From Candidatus Bathyarchaeota archaeon (lineage in GTDB: Archaea > Thermoproteota > Bathyarchaeia > Bathyarchaeales > Bathycorpusculaceae), in assembly GCA_963815095.1 (NCBI GenBank), contig CAWFFH010000003.1, forward strand, positions 768,001 through 832,000: 64,000 bases of DNA, in the 5' to 3' direction. Shown in pieces: positions 20,884 to 31,552 of this stretch. Numbering within the stretch: position 1 is the first letter of the stretch; each line of letters starts with the position of its first letter. The notes beneath the pieces were generated by a model that worked only from the letters and a program-made list of their open reading frames with translations, searched no databases and had not been told where the DNA came from. The position numbers were made by a program, and so were the translations under genes.

Positions 20884-21962
20884 CGCGCGTTTTTATATCT
20901 GACTGTGAAGGACCCATATCCAAAAACGACAACGCTTTCGAACTGGCAGAGAACTTTATTCCAAACGGTGACAAATTTTTCACAAACATAAGCTTGTACG
21001 ATGATGTTCTAGCAGATAGCTTTCACAAACCTGGTTACAATGCGGGTAGCACACTCAAGTTGATTTTACCCTTCTTCAAAGCTTATGGCATAACCGATGG
21101 TCAAATGGAAGATTTCTCCGCTAGAAACATTGTTTTAATCGCTAACACCAAAACCACCCTCCACCACATACAATCACTAACCGACGCCTTCATAGTCAGT
21201 ACCAGCTATGAACACTACATCAAAGCCCTCTGCAAAGCAGTCAATTTCCCATACAAAAACACATACTGCACAAAAGTTGCTCTCGACAAATCTCCAATCA
21301 CTCCTCAAGAAAAAGAGCGCCTAAGAAAGATAGCCCAAGAAATCGCGCAAATGCCGCCAATTGAAATTCCGTCAAACGCAAAAAACCTCATGGATTTTTC
21401 GATCAGCGACCAAACCCTTATCCAGCGCTTGGACGAGATTTTCTGGAGTCTAATTCCTAAAACGTTTGTCGGCAAATTTCTCACAGAAATAGTAACAGTT
21501 GGTGGGGAACAAAAAGCCGAAGCCATACGTGATGCCGCAAAACGTTCAGGTGTAGCGCTGGAGGATGTTCTGTATGTAGGTGACAGCATCACCGACGTAG
21601 AAGCTTTCAAACTCGTTCGCGATAACGGGGGTTTAACGGTATCTTTCAACGGAAACCGTTATGCAGTGAAGAATGCTGAGGTAGCTATACAGTCGGAAAG
21701 TAACCTTGTCACGGCTGTGGTAGCTGACTTATTCATCAAGTTAGGCAAAAAACAAACTCTCAACGCTCTCGGGTCATGGAACTTCGAAGCCCTCAATAAA
21801 AGCAAAGTTGATGAGGCTTTACTCCAACAACTCTTCGTCATTTCCCCTGACTGTTTGCCCAAGGTTCAAATAGTTACAGCAGAAAATATGGAATCACTCA
21901 TAAAAGAGAGCAGCGCGTTTAGGAAGAAGGTTCGGGGAGTAGCTATCGGGAGACTTGGATAA
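20880..21962 (+). CDS. HAD-superfamily phosphatase-like protein (COG4030 / EhaR-like)
   Basis: Motif I variant DCEGP, STSY, K...YVGDSITD, SFNGN; TTGA overlap with the purD stop. Confidence 0.75.
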   Translation: MTRVFISDCEGPISKNDNAFELAENFIPNGDKFFTNISLYDDVLADSFHKPGYNAGSTLKLILPFFKAYGITDGQMEDFSARNIVLIANTKTTLHHIQSLTDAFIVSTSYEHYIKALCKAVNFPYKNTYCTKVALDKSPITPQEKERLRKIAQEIAQMPPIEIPSNAKNLMDFSISDQTLIQRLDEIFWSLIPKTFVGKFLTEIVTVGGEQKAEAIRDAAKRSGVALEDVLYVGDSITDVEAFKLVRDNGGLTVSFNGNRYAVKNAEVAIQSESNLVTAVVADLFIKLGKKQTLNALGSWNFEALNKSKVDEALLQQLFVISPDCLPKVQIVTAENMESLIKESSAFRKKVRGVAIGRLG

Positions 21963-22871
21963 ATGGGTAAAGCGCAAATTGAAGACACTTACGCTGAAGT
22001 GTTTACTGGAATTTATTGTCGGGTAATCGTTACTGCAGACGATGAGCAAATCCTGCGTAAGGCAGCTGAGGACTCCACCGCAACACCGTCCGTTGTAATT
22101 GGCAGAACCGAGGGCGGCGTAGAAAAATACCTAACTCCAAACGAAACCCCCGACAAACGTGTAGGTGCCATATTACAGTTCTGGGGCGAAATCAACCCCA
22201 AAAAAACATTTGCCGAATCGCTAAAAAAATTCGAAACTGAACTTTCTTACCGCATTCGTCAAGATATTCTTGTCAAACCCTTTACAGCAGTCTTCGATGC
22301 AATGCCACGAGGTGAGGGCAAGTTGGATATGATGGAGAGCGTGGGTCACTGCGGCGATGGATATGAATGGGTCGAAAAGCGATATGGCAGAGAAGTCATC
22401 GTTGTTCCTCTGATGGTGCCGGACTTCATTATTGAACGTTATCTTGGTTACGCAAAGGGCGTTATGGGCGGCAACTTCTGGGTAATGTGCACTTCAAAGC
22501 AAGCACTCGTGGAATCAGGCGCCAAAGCGCTCAAGGCAATTCACAAAGTTTACGGAGTCGTAACCACCTTTGACATTTGCTCAGCCGGCAGCAAACCAGA
22601 AACCCATTTCCCAAAGATTGGGCCAACCACCAATCACCTGTACTGTCCATCGCTTAAATCGCGCTTAGGCAAGGAATCCAAGGTTCCCCAAGGCGTGGGA
22701 TACATAGCCGAAATCGTCTATGACGGCATTTCCTTAGACGCCATCAAAGAAGCCACCAAAGCAGGAATCAAAGCTGTATTAGACGTCGATGGCGTCACCC
22801 GGATTTCCGCAGGCAACTACGGCGGCAAAATAGGAGAACACAAAATCCAATTAAAGGAGTTATTTCCATGA
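21963..22871 (+). CDS. Divergent formylmethanofuran:H4MPT formyltransferase paralog (Ftr-II / EhaS-like)
   Basis: [36 protein letters not shown]; several canonical Ftr segments altered. Confidence 0.85.
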   Translation: MGKAQIEDTYAEVFTGIYCRVIVTADDEQILRKAAEDSTATPSVVIGRTEGGVEKYLTPNETPDKRVGAILQFWGEINPKKTFAESLKKFETELSYRIRQDILVKPFTAVFDAMPRGEGKLDMMESVGHCGDGYEWVEKRYGREVIVVPLMVPDFIIERYLGYAKGVMGGNFWVMCTSKQALVESGAKALKAIHKVYGVVTTFDICSAGSKPETHFPKIGPTTNHLYCPSLKSRLGKESKVPQGVGYIAEIVYDGISLDAIKEATKAGIKAVLDVDGVTRISAGNYGGKIGEHKIQLKELFP

Positions 22872-23782
22872 CAAAATTTGATGTTTTAGGTTTCGGAGCA
22901 CTCAACGTTGACATGCTCTTCAAAGTAGAAAAATTTGCAACCGCTGAAAAAGAAAGCTTCATCACAGATTACACGGAAGCCTGCGGCGGCTCAGCAGCAA
23001 ACACGATTGTAGGGCTATCTAGGCTTGGCTGCAAAGTTGGGTTCATAGGAAAAATTGCAGGCGACCGAGAAGGCAAACTGCAACTCGAATGCTTCAAAGC
23101 CGAAGGCGTGGACACTAGCGGAATTATTGAGATGAAAAATGGCAGAAGCGGTTCAGTGATGGGTTTCGTGGACAGAACGGGCGCAAGAACCCTCTACATT
23201 AACTCAGGCGTCAACGACTTAATCGAGCCAAGAGAAATCAAATACGAATACATTTCTCAAACCAAGCTCATCCATCTGTCATCTTTTGTCGGTGAAAAAT
23301 CGTTCCGTGCACAAAAAAAACTGTTAAGCTCCCTACCTGAAGGCGTCGAAATCAGCTTCGATCCGGGTTCAGTGTATGCTCAGAAGGGTTTCGGAGTCAT
23401 AGAACCCATAATAAAGAACTCTCACGTCATAATGCCCAACGCAGCTGAACTTGAACTGTTAACAGGTGAAGAAGATTTCCGTAAGGGCGCCGATTTCATG
23501 ATTGGGATGGGTGTTAAGATTGTGGCGGTGAAGCTTGGCAACAAAGGCTGCTATGTTACCGATGGCCAAGAACATCTCAACGTGGAACCATTCAAAGTTA
23601 AAGCGCTCGATACCACAGGTGCAGGAGATGCTTTCAACGCGGGTTTTCTCTACGGTTTAATACATGAAAAAAGCCTCTATGAATGCGGTCAGCTGGGCAA
23701 TTTTGTTGGCTCCCGAAATGTGTTGGCGATGGGTGCACGCTCAGGATTGCCCTATGCTAAAGACTTAGCATTTCTTCGATAG
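22868..23782 (+). CDS. PfkB/ribokinase family sugar or nucleoside kinase (EhaT-like)
   Basis: [19 protein letters not shown]; ATGA overlap with the ftr-like gene. Confidence 0.9.
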   Translation: MTKFDVLGFGALNVDMLFKVEKFATAEKESFITDYTEACGGSAANTIVGLSRLGCKVGFIGKIAGDREGKLQLECFKAEGVDTSGIIEMKNGRSGSVMGFVDRTGARTLYINSGVNDLIEPREIKYEYISQTKLIHLSSFVGEKSFRAQKKLLSSLPEGVEISFDPGSVYAQKGFGVIEPIIKNSHVIMPNAAELELLTGEEDFRKGADFMIGMGVKIVAVKLGNKGCYVTDGQEHLNVEPFKVKALDTTGAGDAFNAGFLYGLIHEKSLYECGQLGNFVGSRNVLAMGARSGLPYAKDLAFLR

Positions 23783-24583
23783 TTTGTCGATAATGCTTTG
23801 GAAAATTAGTTTGCCATCCCCATACTGTAGCATCTGTTGCTGACGTGTCCATTCGGGTTGCTGCCACCAGTACATTGCTCTCTCTGGGTGAGGCATTAAA
23901 CCGAGGATGTTGCCTTCTTTGTTACTGATTCCTGCAATATCGTAGAAGGAGCCATTGGGGTTGGTTGGGTATTTGCCGTCGGCGACTTCGCCGTCTTTGG
24001 TGCAATAGCGGAAAACCAGCATGTCCTCATCAATTAGTTTCTTTAGCAATGCTTGCTCTTGATCTTTGGGAAACAGCAATCGTCCTTCTCCATGGGCGAT
24101 GGGTAAATTGATAACTTTCCCAGTAGGGATTTTGGTTGTGAATGCGCATTTGCCTTTGTTTTCCTGTTTCAAATATGTCCATTGGCATTTGAAGCCCGCA
24201 GGCTCATTGGTTGTCAATGTGGCTTCGGGGTAGGCGCTCATGCCTTTGAAGCCGGGAAGCAACCCGTACTCAACAAGAATTTGGAAGCCGTTGCATATGC
24301 CCAAGATTGGTCTACCTTCATCGATGAAAGTTTCCATTTCTTTAGATAGGTTCGCGGAGAGATGTCTTGCAAAAATGACACCTGAACGAACGTAGTCGCC
24401 AAACGAGAAGCCGCCTGGAAAAACCAGCACAGAATAATCCAACAAATTGCGGCGTTTAATTAACTCATTAACATGGACTGATTCTGATTGAACACCCAAC
24501 TCTTGGAAGGCACGCTGAGTTTCTGCATCGCAGTTAGTGCCGCCGACTCGAATTACGCAGACTTTGATTTCTTCTTGGTTCAT
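23765..24583 (-). CDS. purQ: FGAM synthase glutaminase subunit
   Basis: GTNCD, PGGFSFGD, GICNGFQ, AHGEG, MPHPER. Confidence 0.95.
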   Translation of the reverse strand: MNQEEIKVCVIRVGGTNCDAETQRAFQELGVQSESVHVNELIKRRNLLDYSVLVFPGGFSFGDYVRSGVIFARHLSANLSKEMETFIDEGRPILGICNGFQILVEYGLLPGFKGMSAYPEATLTTNEPAGFKCQWTYLKQENKGKCAFTTKIPTGKVINLPIAHGEGRLLFPKDQEQALLKKLIDEDMLVFRYCTKDGEVADGKYPTNPNGSFYDIAGISNKEGNILGLMPHPERAMYWWQQPEWTRQQQMLQYGDGKLIFQSIIDKLSKKC

Positions 24584-26967
24584 TGAGATTCAACCTCTGG
24601 ACTTAGGGTTTTTTTCCAACTACGCCTTAGCGTTTCGAGTGAAGCATCAACAGTAACTTTGCCTTTTAAATCATGGACAAGTAGCTTCTGCTCTTTAGTT
24701 ACCTTGCCAATCAAAGTGCAGTTTTTGCCCTTCATTAATTCCTCAAAGTTCTCTTTATCCGCTTCTGCAACTTCTATTAGGAAACGACTGTTTGATTCAG
24801 AGAACAAAACGAAATCATTTCGGGTTAACTCCTTCCCTGAAACCCCTCGCAAATCTATCTCTAAACCGAGGCCGCCTGCAAACGCCATCTCCGCCGTCGC
24901 CACCGCTAAGCCACCTTCCGAGAGATCATGACATGACTTGACTAAACCCTCATCGATAGCTTTTGTCACGATTTTGAAGGTGCGTTTGGCTTTTGCTCCC
25001 CTTACTTTGGGTACGCTTGCACCGAGGAAGCCTTTAAGTTTGTAGTATTCGGAGCCGCCGAGTTCGTTGAAGGTTTCGCCGATGATGTAGAGGAGGTTGC
25101 CTGCTGCTTTGAGGTCCATAGATGTGGTAGATTGGATGTTTGGAATTACCCCTATTGCGGTGATTAGAAGCGTGGGAGTTACTGTTCCAAGCGGCGATTC
25201 GTTGTAGAGGCTGTCTTTGCCCGAAATGAATGGTGCCTTAAACGCAACTGCGAAATCGTAACATGCCTCACACGCTCGGACAAGTGAGCCCAATCTTTCG
25301 GTTTTTTCTGGGTTGCCCCACGTGAAATTGTCCAAAAGCGAAATTCTTCTTCCGCCAACTGCGATGTTATTGCGTATGGCTTCATCGATTGCTGAAGCCG
25401 CCATCCAGTAAGCATCAATCTTGCCGAAGTTGGGGTTCATGCCACAAGAAATCGTTAAGCACTTTAGCGAGTCGTCGAGGGGTTTTAGCACGGCAGCATC
25501 ATTTGGTCCCGCATACTGACCTTGAAGAGGTTTGAGAGTAGTGTTGCCTTTTACCTCGTGGTCGTAGGTGCGTATGACGCTTTCTTTGCTGGCAATGTTT
25601 GGTGCAGCGAGCAGATGTAGCAGGGTTTCGGTTAGATTTGTTGGCTCTGGAAAGTCTGGTTCGGTGAAGGTTGTTTTTTCGACGGTGGCAACTTTGGTGC
25701 TAGTGCATGGGTTGAATAGGAAAGTCATGTCTATGTCGCTGACAGTTTCTCCGCTGTAAGTAAGTATTAGGCGTCTTTCAGGTGTTAGAGCTCCAATTGC
25801 TGTTGCTATAACGTCTTCCTTCTCAAAAACAGCCATCACCTGCTCCAAATTTTCCGGAGGAACAGTGATTAACATGCGTTCTTGGGATTCGGAGAGATAA
25901 ATTTCCCATGGCGCCAAACCTTGATACTTCAAAGGCACCTTCGACAAGTCCGCGGTGACTCCGCAGTTAAAACGTTCTGCAGTTTCGCCGACGGCTGACG
26001 ATAAGCCTCCGCCGCCAATATCAGTAACGGCTGAGGCAAGTTGGAGATCACGAATCTCAATTATTGCTCGTTTAACTTTTTCTTCCTCAATAGGGTCTGC
26101 GATTTGGACAGCAGGCCGCGAGATTTCCTCCGATTTCTCGGTGAGTTCGGCCGAGGCGAAGGTTACCCCGTGGATGCCGTCGCGTCCAGTTTTTCCGCCT
26201 GCCAAAACTACGATGTCGCCGACTTTGGCGTTTTTGGCGTATCTGTTTAGGGGTAAGAGTCCTATGCATCCGCAATATACGGTGACGTTGCCCGTGTAGG
26301 ACTCGTCGAAATATATTGCGCCGTTGACCGTTGGGATGCCCATGTTGTTGCCGTAGGTGCTTATGCCCGCGGTCACCCCCATGTACACGTATTTAGGGTG
26401 CTTAACGCCCACTGGAAGCTTTTTGTAATCGTAATCTAAAGGACCAAAACCCAAAACATCAGTGCATGCAATTGGATCAGCCCATACGCCCAAAATATCA
26501 CGAATAACGCCGCCAACGCCCGTTGCTGCGCCTCCAAATGGCTCCACCGCCGATGGGTGATTGTGGGTTTCCACTTTTGCCGCTATGCCATAGCCCTTGT
26601 CAAACTTGACTATGCCCGCGTTGTCTTCAAACACGCTTACAGTCCAGGGCGCCTTAATTTGTTTGGTGGCTCTAGCAATGTAGGTTTTGAAAAGGCTGTT
26701 GATTTCTTTGCCGTCAAGTTGGATTTTTCCCTTAAAGGTCTTATGGCAACAGTGTTCACTCCATGTTTGGGCGATAGTTTGGAGTTCAACATCGGTGGGG
26801 CTGCGTTTTTCGGTTTTAAAATAAGTCTGAATTTCCCTGAGTTCCTGAGCGCTGAATCCCAACGCGAGTTCGCTGTTGACTTCGGCGAGTTGTTCATCTG
26901 TGGCATTTGCTGTAACCGCTTCAAAAACTAGGCTATTTTTGCGTTGGCTGTAAAGGTTAGCGTTCAT
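24580..26967 (-). CDS. purL: FGAM synthase synthetase subunit
   Basis: WSEHCCHK, ETHNHPS, GGAATGVGG, SESQERM, SGKDSLYN, HDLSEGG. Confidence 0.96.
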   Translation of the reverse strand: MNANLYSQRKNSLVFEAVTANATDEQLAEVNSELALGFSAQELREIQTYFKTEKRSPTDVELQTIAQTWSEHCCHKTFKGKIQLDGKEINSLFKTYIARATKQIKAPWTVSVFEDNAGIVKFDKGYGIAAKVETHNHPSAVEPFGGAATGVGGVIRDILGVWADPIACTDVLGFGPLDYDYKKLPVGVKHPKYVYMGVTAGISTYGNNMGIPTVNGAIYFDESYTGNVTVYCGCIGLLPLNRYAKNAKVGDIVVLAGGKTGRDGIHGVTFASAELTEKSEEISRPAVQIADPIEEEKVKRAIIEIRDLQLASAVTDIGGGGLSSAVGETAERFNCGVTADLSKVPLKYQGLAPWEIYLSESQERMLITVPPENLEQVMAVFEKEDVIATAIGALTPERRLILTYSGETVSDIDMTFLFNPCTSTKVATVEKTTFTEPDFPEPTNLTETLLHLLAAPNIASKESVIRTYDHEVKGNTTLKPLQGQYAGPNDAAVLKPLDDSLKCLTISCGMNPNFGKIDAYWMAASAIDEAIRNNIAVGGRRISLLDNFTWGNPEKTERLGSLVRACEACYDFAVAFKAPFISGKDSLYNESPLGTVTPTLLITAIGVIPNIQSTTSMDLKAAGNLLYIIGETFNELGGSEYYKLKGFLGASVPKVRGAKAKRTFKIVTKAIDEGLVKSCHDLSEGGLAVATAEMAFAGGLGLEIDLRGVSGKELTRNDFVLFSESNSRFLIEVAEADKENFEELMKGKNCTLIGKVTKEQKLLVHDLKGKVTVDASLETLRRSWKKTLSPEVESQ

Positions 26968-27215
26968 TTGACTTCAGCGACGCTTATGGTGTAGTTGTCT
27001 TTGGTCGGGTTTGCCAATAGGCGTTTGCTCATTTCTTCAGCCTTCGCCTTCGCCTCAGTGAACGTGTCAGCGTCGAGGTGTACGGTGTAGACTTTGCTGA
27101 CATCCACCGCTTGGACATTGTAGCCGAGTTCTATAAGTAAACGTGCAGTAGTTTCGCCTTCCGGGTTGCTGTGTCCGGGTTTGAGGCTGACCTCGATTTT
27201 TGCAGCGTATTTCAT
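26964..27215 (-). CDS. purS: FGAM synthase PurS subunit
   Basis: LKPGHSNPEG...LLANP; overlaps the purL start. Confidence 0.92.
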   Translation of the reverse strand: MKYAAKIEVSLKPGHSNPEGETTARLLIELGYNVQAVDVSKVYTVHLDADTFTEAKAKAEEMSKRLLANPTKDNYTISVAEVK

Positions 27216-27271
27216 AAGCCTCTAAATTAAGCATCAGGATTTAAACGCTTTCGTCAAGAAAAAAGCAATAT

Positions 27272-28355
27272 TTATGTTAAAATCATATGTTTATTCTGAT
27301 AATCGATTTCAACGACTCTTTCTTTTGCTGTAACTTTGCCTATTCGCTCTGGATTGACGCTATTCTGCTCAAGTGCATCCATGGCTTTGTCAATGTCGGC
27401 TTTATCTACGATTATCCCAAAGCCCCACCCCATGTTGAAAGTTCTAAACATTTCCTCATCCGTTATGGTTAAGCCTAGTTCTGCTGCGGTTTTTTGGATT
27501 AAGCCAAAGACTGGTTGGGGTTTGAAATTGTTGAAGTCGAATCCTATTCCCGTTGAGTAGTTGGCTAAGTTGTTGAATTTTAGGTAGGCGTCGCCTGTTA
27601 TGTGCACGGCTGCCTTGACTTTAACTTCACTTGCCAACTTGAGTAGCGCTTTGACATAGATTTTTGTCGGTTCGAGAACTTCTAATGCATACTTCCCTAT
27701 CCAAGCCGTCGGGGATGTCGGTCGGATTGTATTTTCCTCCCCATTGTTTGAAGAGAACCTTTCTTACCAAAGTGATGCCGTTGCTGTGGACGCCGCTGCT
27801 GGTTAATCCGATGATGGGGTCGCCGGGTTTGATTCCTTCTCCCGTGATGATGTTTGGTTTGTCAACTTTACCTATTGCTGAAACAACAATGTCGAAGCCT
27901 GAGTTGGGGGTGAGGCCTTTGATGATTTCTGCGACGTCGCCTGTTTCGCCGTTTACAATTGGGCATTCGGATTGGTTGGCGCCGTCGATTATGCCTTTGA
28001 GCCATGCGTTTACAAGTTTAGGTTCACTGGCGGTTGCATGAATGTTGTCTGCGAGGGCGAGGGGTTTAGCTCCTGAGCGGATAACATCATTAACCACCAT
28101 AGCCACAGCATCAACGCCTATAGTGTCATATTTACCCGCGAGTTCAGCAACCAACACTTTAGTTCCGACGCCTTCAATTTCTAAATCAAGAAAAACGTTG
28201 TCGCCGACGGAGAATATGTTGCTATACGGCAGATGCATAATGCCGCCAAAACCGATGTGCCTGTACGTTTCTTTGAGTGAGGTCAGCGCTTTTTTGGATT
28301 CATGGCGTTGCTGCCGATTGACGCCTGCGTCAGTATAAGTGTAGTTTTTGGGCAC
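27272..28355 (-). CDS. purM: AIR synthetase, +1 frameshift near 27689
   Basis: YTDAGV, EGVGTK, GETG, SSGVHSNG, then after the shift LEPTKIY...HITG...EMFRTFNMG. Confidence 0.9.
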
Positions 28356-28558
28356 GGACTTGTTTCTCCTTGCACGCTAAATGTGTAGGTTTCTGTCTGA
28401 TAACGATTTTGTTTGAAAACCCCTCAAAACTTTCCCTGAAACGGGTTGAATATTTGATTGAATTTTTGATTATTTCCAAAAAATGGGTTTGGTGTATGCT
28501 ATTGTATACCGATTTGATTTAGGGTAAGGTTTTTGTGCTCAGAACGGTTGATTAGCCA

Positions 28559-29401
28559 TTGATTAGCGTGCAAGTGCCAAAATATCACATCTTTGTTGAA
28601 TACAGTGAGTTAGGTAAATCAGGCGTCCGCTTTAACGTTCCCCAAGAGGAACTCGTCCGAACCTTTGCCACGCCCTTCACCCTCGGTCAACCCTTCTGGT
28701 TTATGGGCAAACTTCTTAACCCCCAAAAAGTCGTAAAAGCCATCATCTTCTGGTCCTACGAAACAGCCGACAAACTGATCATGCCCAACCACGAAAATCT
28801 TTTAGCCGCCAAAGACAAAAAATATCTCATAGAAAGCATTGTCAAAGGCAAAGTCAAAGGTGCTTACATCTGCACCGAAAAATTTTTGCCCTCAACAGAA
28901 AAAACGATGGCTCTTGCTCAATCAGCAACGTCTGTTTCGGATGAACGGCGCAGGATTTTCGTAATTTGTGGTACTGATAATGAGATGAAAAAGGTCATTA
29001 CTGAAGCTTTGACCAAACTTCATCTTGTGCCAGTGGTTATGTGTGAAGAACAAAGTCAGGGCAGAAAAATTGTTGAACGATTCGCAGAATACGCCGACGT
29101 TGGTTTTGCCGTAGTTTTATTGTCGCCTGATGATTTTGTTTATGTTAAGGAGGAATCACCTGCAAAACGCAAGCTTAGACCCAGACAGGATGTGGTTTTT
29201 GAACTTGGTTTTTTGTTAGGCAGGTTAGGCGAGGGCAAGGTACTTGTTTTTTTCAGGGAATGTGTAAACTTTGAGGGACCTACCGATTTTGAAGGATTAA
29301 ACGTCACTGCATTCGATGACCGGGATAGCTGGAAGCTTGCCCTCATTCGTGAACTCACTAACTGTGGATATTGTGTCGATGCTGACAGGATTCTAAAATA
29401 A
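28559..29401 (+). CDS. Protein with a C-terminal TIR-like predicted nucleotide-binding domain (CAP12/Pycsar-TIR-type family)
   Basis: RIFVICG, FAVVLLSPDD, RPRQDVVFELGFLLGRLG, PTDFEG. Confidence 0.75.
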   Translation: MISVQVPKYHIFVEYSELGKSGVRFNVPQEELVRTFATPFTLGQPFWFMGKLLNPQKVVKAIIFWSYETADKLIMPNHENLLAAKDKKYLIESIVKGKVKGAYICTEKFLPSTEKTMALAQSATSVSDERRRIFVICGTDNEMKKVITEALTKLHLVPVVMCEEQSQGRKIVERFAEYADVGFAVVLLSPDDFVYVKEESPAKRKLRPRQDVVFELGFLLGRLGEGKVLVFFRECVNFEGPTDFEGLNVTAFDDRDSWKLALIRELTNCGYCVDADRILK

Positions 29402-29495
29402 CCTCGCTAACAACCACTGTGAGGGTGATAGTAAAGTTTCTATATCAAATGAACTATCCCTTTGCAATAGCTACTGCACTCAGCAAGTAACAGTT

Positions 29496-29568
29496 GCGGT
29501 TGTAGTCTAGTTCGGTAGGACTGCAGCTTCCCAAGCTGTCGACTCGGGTTCAAATCCCGGCAACCGCA
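29496..29568 (+). tRNA. tRNA-Gly(CCC), intron-less, CCA not encoded
   Basis: GCGGTTG/CAACCGC acceptor stem, anticodon loop TT-CCC-AA, GGGTTCAAATCCC T-arm. Confidence 0.95.
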
Positions 29569-29667
29569 CTCTATTTTTCCTAAAATTTCCGATTATTTTT
29601 GTTGCCCTTTCAATATATTCACAGATTAATCAGTGATTGAAGTCCCCTAAAGTTATGAGCCATTTAC

Positions 29668-29898
29668 TCATTGTTTTTGTCCACATTCAGGGCAAAACTT
29701 TGCCATGGAGCCCATTCTAGTATTGCACTTGGGGCAAATTTTCAATACTATTGGTTGGTTAAGGGGGTTGCCGCAGAAGTTGCAGTAGTTAGAGATGGCG
29801 GTTACTTGTGATTTGCACTTTGGACATGTTATGTATTGAGAATTACTTGGGACGGGAACCCAGATGAAAGCTGAAAGAATAGTTACCACCATATACAA
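29668..29898 (-). CDS. Small double zinc-ribbon protein
   Basis: Four CxxC pairs (CPKC, CNFC, CPKC, CPEC); start uncertain. Confidence 0.7.
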   Translation of the reverse strand: MYMVVTILSAFIWVPVPSNSQYITCPKCKSQVTAISNYCNFCGNPLNQPIVLKICPKCNTRMGSMAKFCPECGQKQ

Positions 29899-30166
29899 TA
29901 GGAGTTGTTGGTTGTCTTTATCTTTTTAGCCAAATTGTGCGCTAAAAATAATAGTTGAGATCACCAGATCAACCCAAGCTTTAACGTTTAAATGCATTTT
30001 ATAAGGCGGTTTAGTTTTTTCTGAGCAACTAAGAGAAAAATTAGCTTGGTGTGTCAATTTGTTTCAGTCTCCTCATTCAACCAGTTTTTTTGGGTTTTTG
30101 GTTTTATTTAGAAAACTATATAATCCATCTTAACGTAAAACCACTCACTAAAAGGGCGAAATAAAG

Positions 30167-31552
30167 TTGAAAATTACTCTTGTCAATCCACCCTATCCTC
30201 CAAATGCCCATTCACATCCACCTTTCATCCCATTAGGCTTAGCATACCTTGGAGCAGTCGCCGAAAAAGCAGGCCATGACGTTACCGTAATTGACTGCCA
30301 AGGAGAAAGATTAACCTACGACACTTTCCGCCAAAGAATCGCTGGGGTTCCATCAGAAGTTGTAGGCGTAACTTCAACCACCCTACTTTATAATTCAGCT
30401 AAAACGATACTTGAAGTAGCCAAAGAAGTTCACCCAAACGCTGTCTCTATGATTGGCGGAAGTCACGTTAGCTTCTGGGATGAAAACGCCCTAAACGAGT
30501 CCAAAAATATTGATGTTGTAGTCCGTCGAGAAGGCGAACAAACCTTCCTAGAACTTTTGCAGCACATTGAAGCAAAAAAGGATTTTTCAGGAGTTTTAGG
30601 AACAACTTTTCGTGGAAGAGACGGAAAAATCCTTCGCAACGAAGACAGACCCTTTCTGAATGATTTAGATTCACTTCCTTCTCCTGCATACCATTTGCTT
30701 CCGCTTGACTCATATCATCGCATGGGCAAAACGATTTTCCCCATCGTAACCAGTCGAGGATGCGTGCAATGGTGTGACTTCTGCAGTACCGTCCGCATGT
30801 TCGGCAGAGGATATCGTACCCGCAGCAGCAAAAAAGTCGTCGACGACATGGAGATGCTGCATAACAAGTACGGCGAAAGCCAATTCACATTCTACGACGA
30901 CGCATTCACAATCAACCGGCAACACACCTTGGAAATGTGCGCAGACATCAAAGCCCGCAAATTAAATGTGGAGTGGGACTGCGAAACCCGCGTTGACGCC
31001 GTTGACAAGGAACTGCTAGAGAAGATGCATGATGCAGGATGCATAACGGTTTGGTTCGGCGTTGAATCTGGCTCAGAGAAAATGCTTACCAAAATGCATA
31101 AGAAAATAAATCGTGAACAAGTCAAGAACGCTTTCAAAATGGCGCAGAAAGCTGGCATGATGACTATTGCCAGTGCAGTCATCGGCTTCCCAGGAGAAAC
31201 GGAAGAAACCGCATGGGAAACAATCAACTTCATCAACAGTCTAAACCCCGACGACATCGGCTGCTATATCGCCACTCCTTATCCAGGAACACCAATGTAT
31301 GAAGAAGTCGTCAAAAACGGATGGCTCCGCGTCACCGACTTCAACAAATACGACACCGCAACCCCAACATTTGAAACCCCCGAGTTAAGCATGGAACGCC
31401 TCCGCGAAATCAAATATAAAGCCCACCAAAAATTCTACCTGCGCCCAAGCTACGTGTTCAAAATGATGCGCAAAGGCGGCACATATGGCAGATCTGGATT
31501 GAAAACTTCTGCTGCGTACGCATTGCGAGCTATGCACATAAAACTCTCCTAA
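30167..31552 (+). CDS. Cobalamin-binding radical SAM protein (class B methyltransferase-like)
   Basis: PLGLAYL...GGSH B12 domain, SRGCVQWCDFC, FYDDAF, GVESG, GFPGET, TPYPGT. Confidence 0.9.
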   Translation: MKITLVNPPYPPNAHSHPPFIPLGLAYLGAVAEKAGHDVTVIDCQGERLTYDTFRQRIAGVPSEVVGVTSTTLLYNSAKTILEVAKEVHPNAVSMIGGSHVSFWDENALNESKNIDVVVRREGEQTFLELLQHIEAKKDFSGVLGTTFRGRDGKILRNEDRPFLNDLDSLPSPAYHLLPLDSYHRMGKTIFPIVTSRGCVQWCDFCSTVRMFGRGYRTRSSKKVVDDMEMLHNKYGESQFTFYDDAFTINRQHTLEMCADIKARKLNVEWDCETRVDAVDKELLEKMHDAGCITVWFGVESGSEKMLTKMHKKINREQVKNAFKMAQKAGMMTIASAVIGFPGETEETAWETINFINSLNPDDIGCYIATPYPGTPMYEEVVKNGWLRVTDFNKYDTATPTFETPELSMERLREIKYKAHQKFYLRPSYVFKMMRKGGTYGRSGLKTSAAYALRAMHIKLS

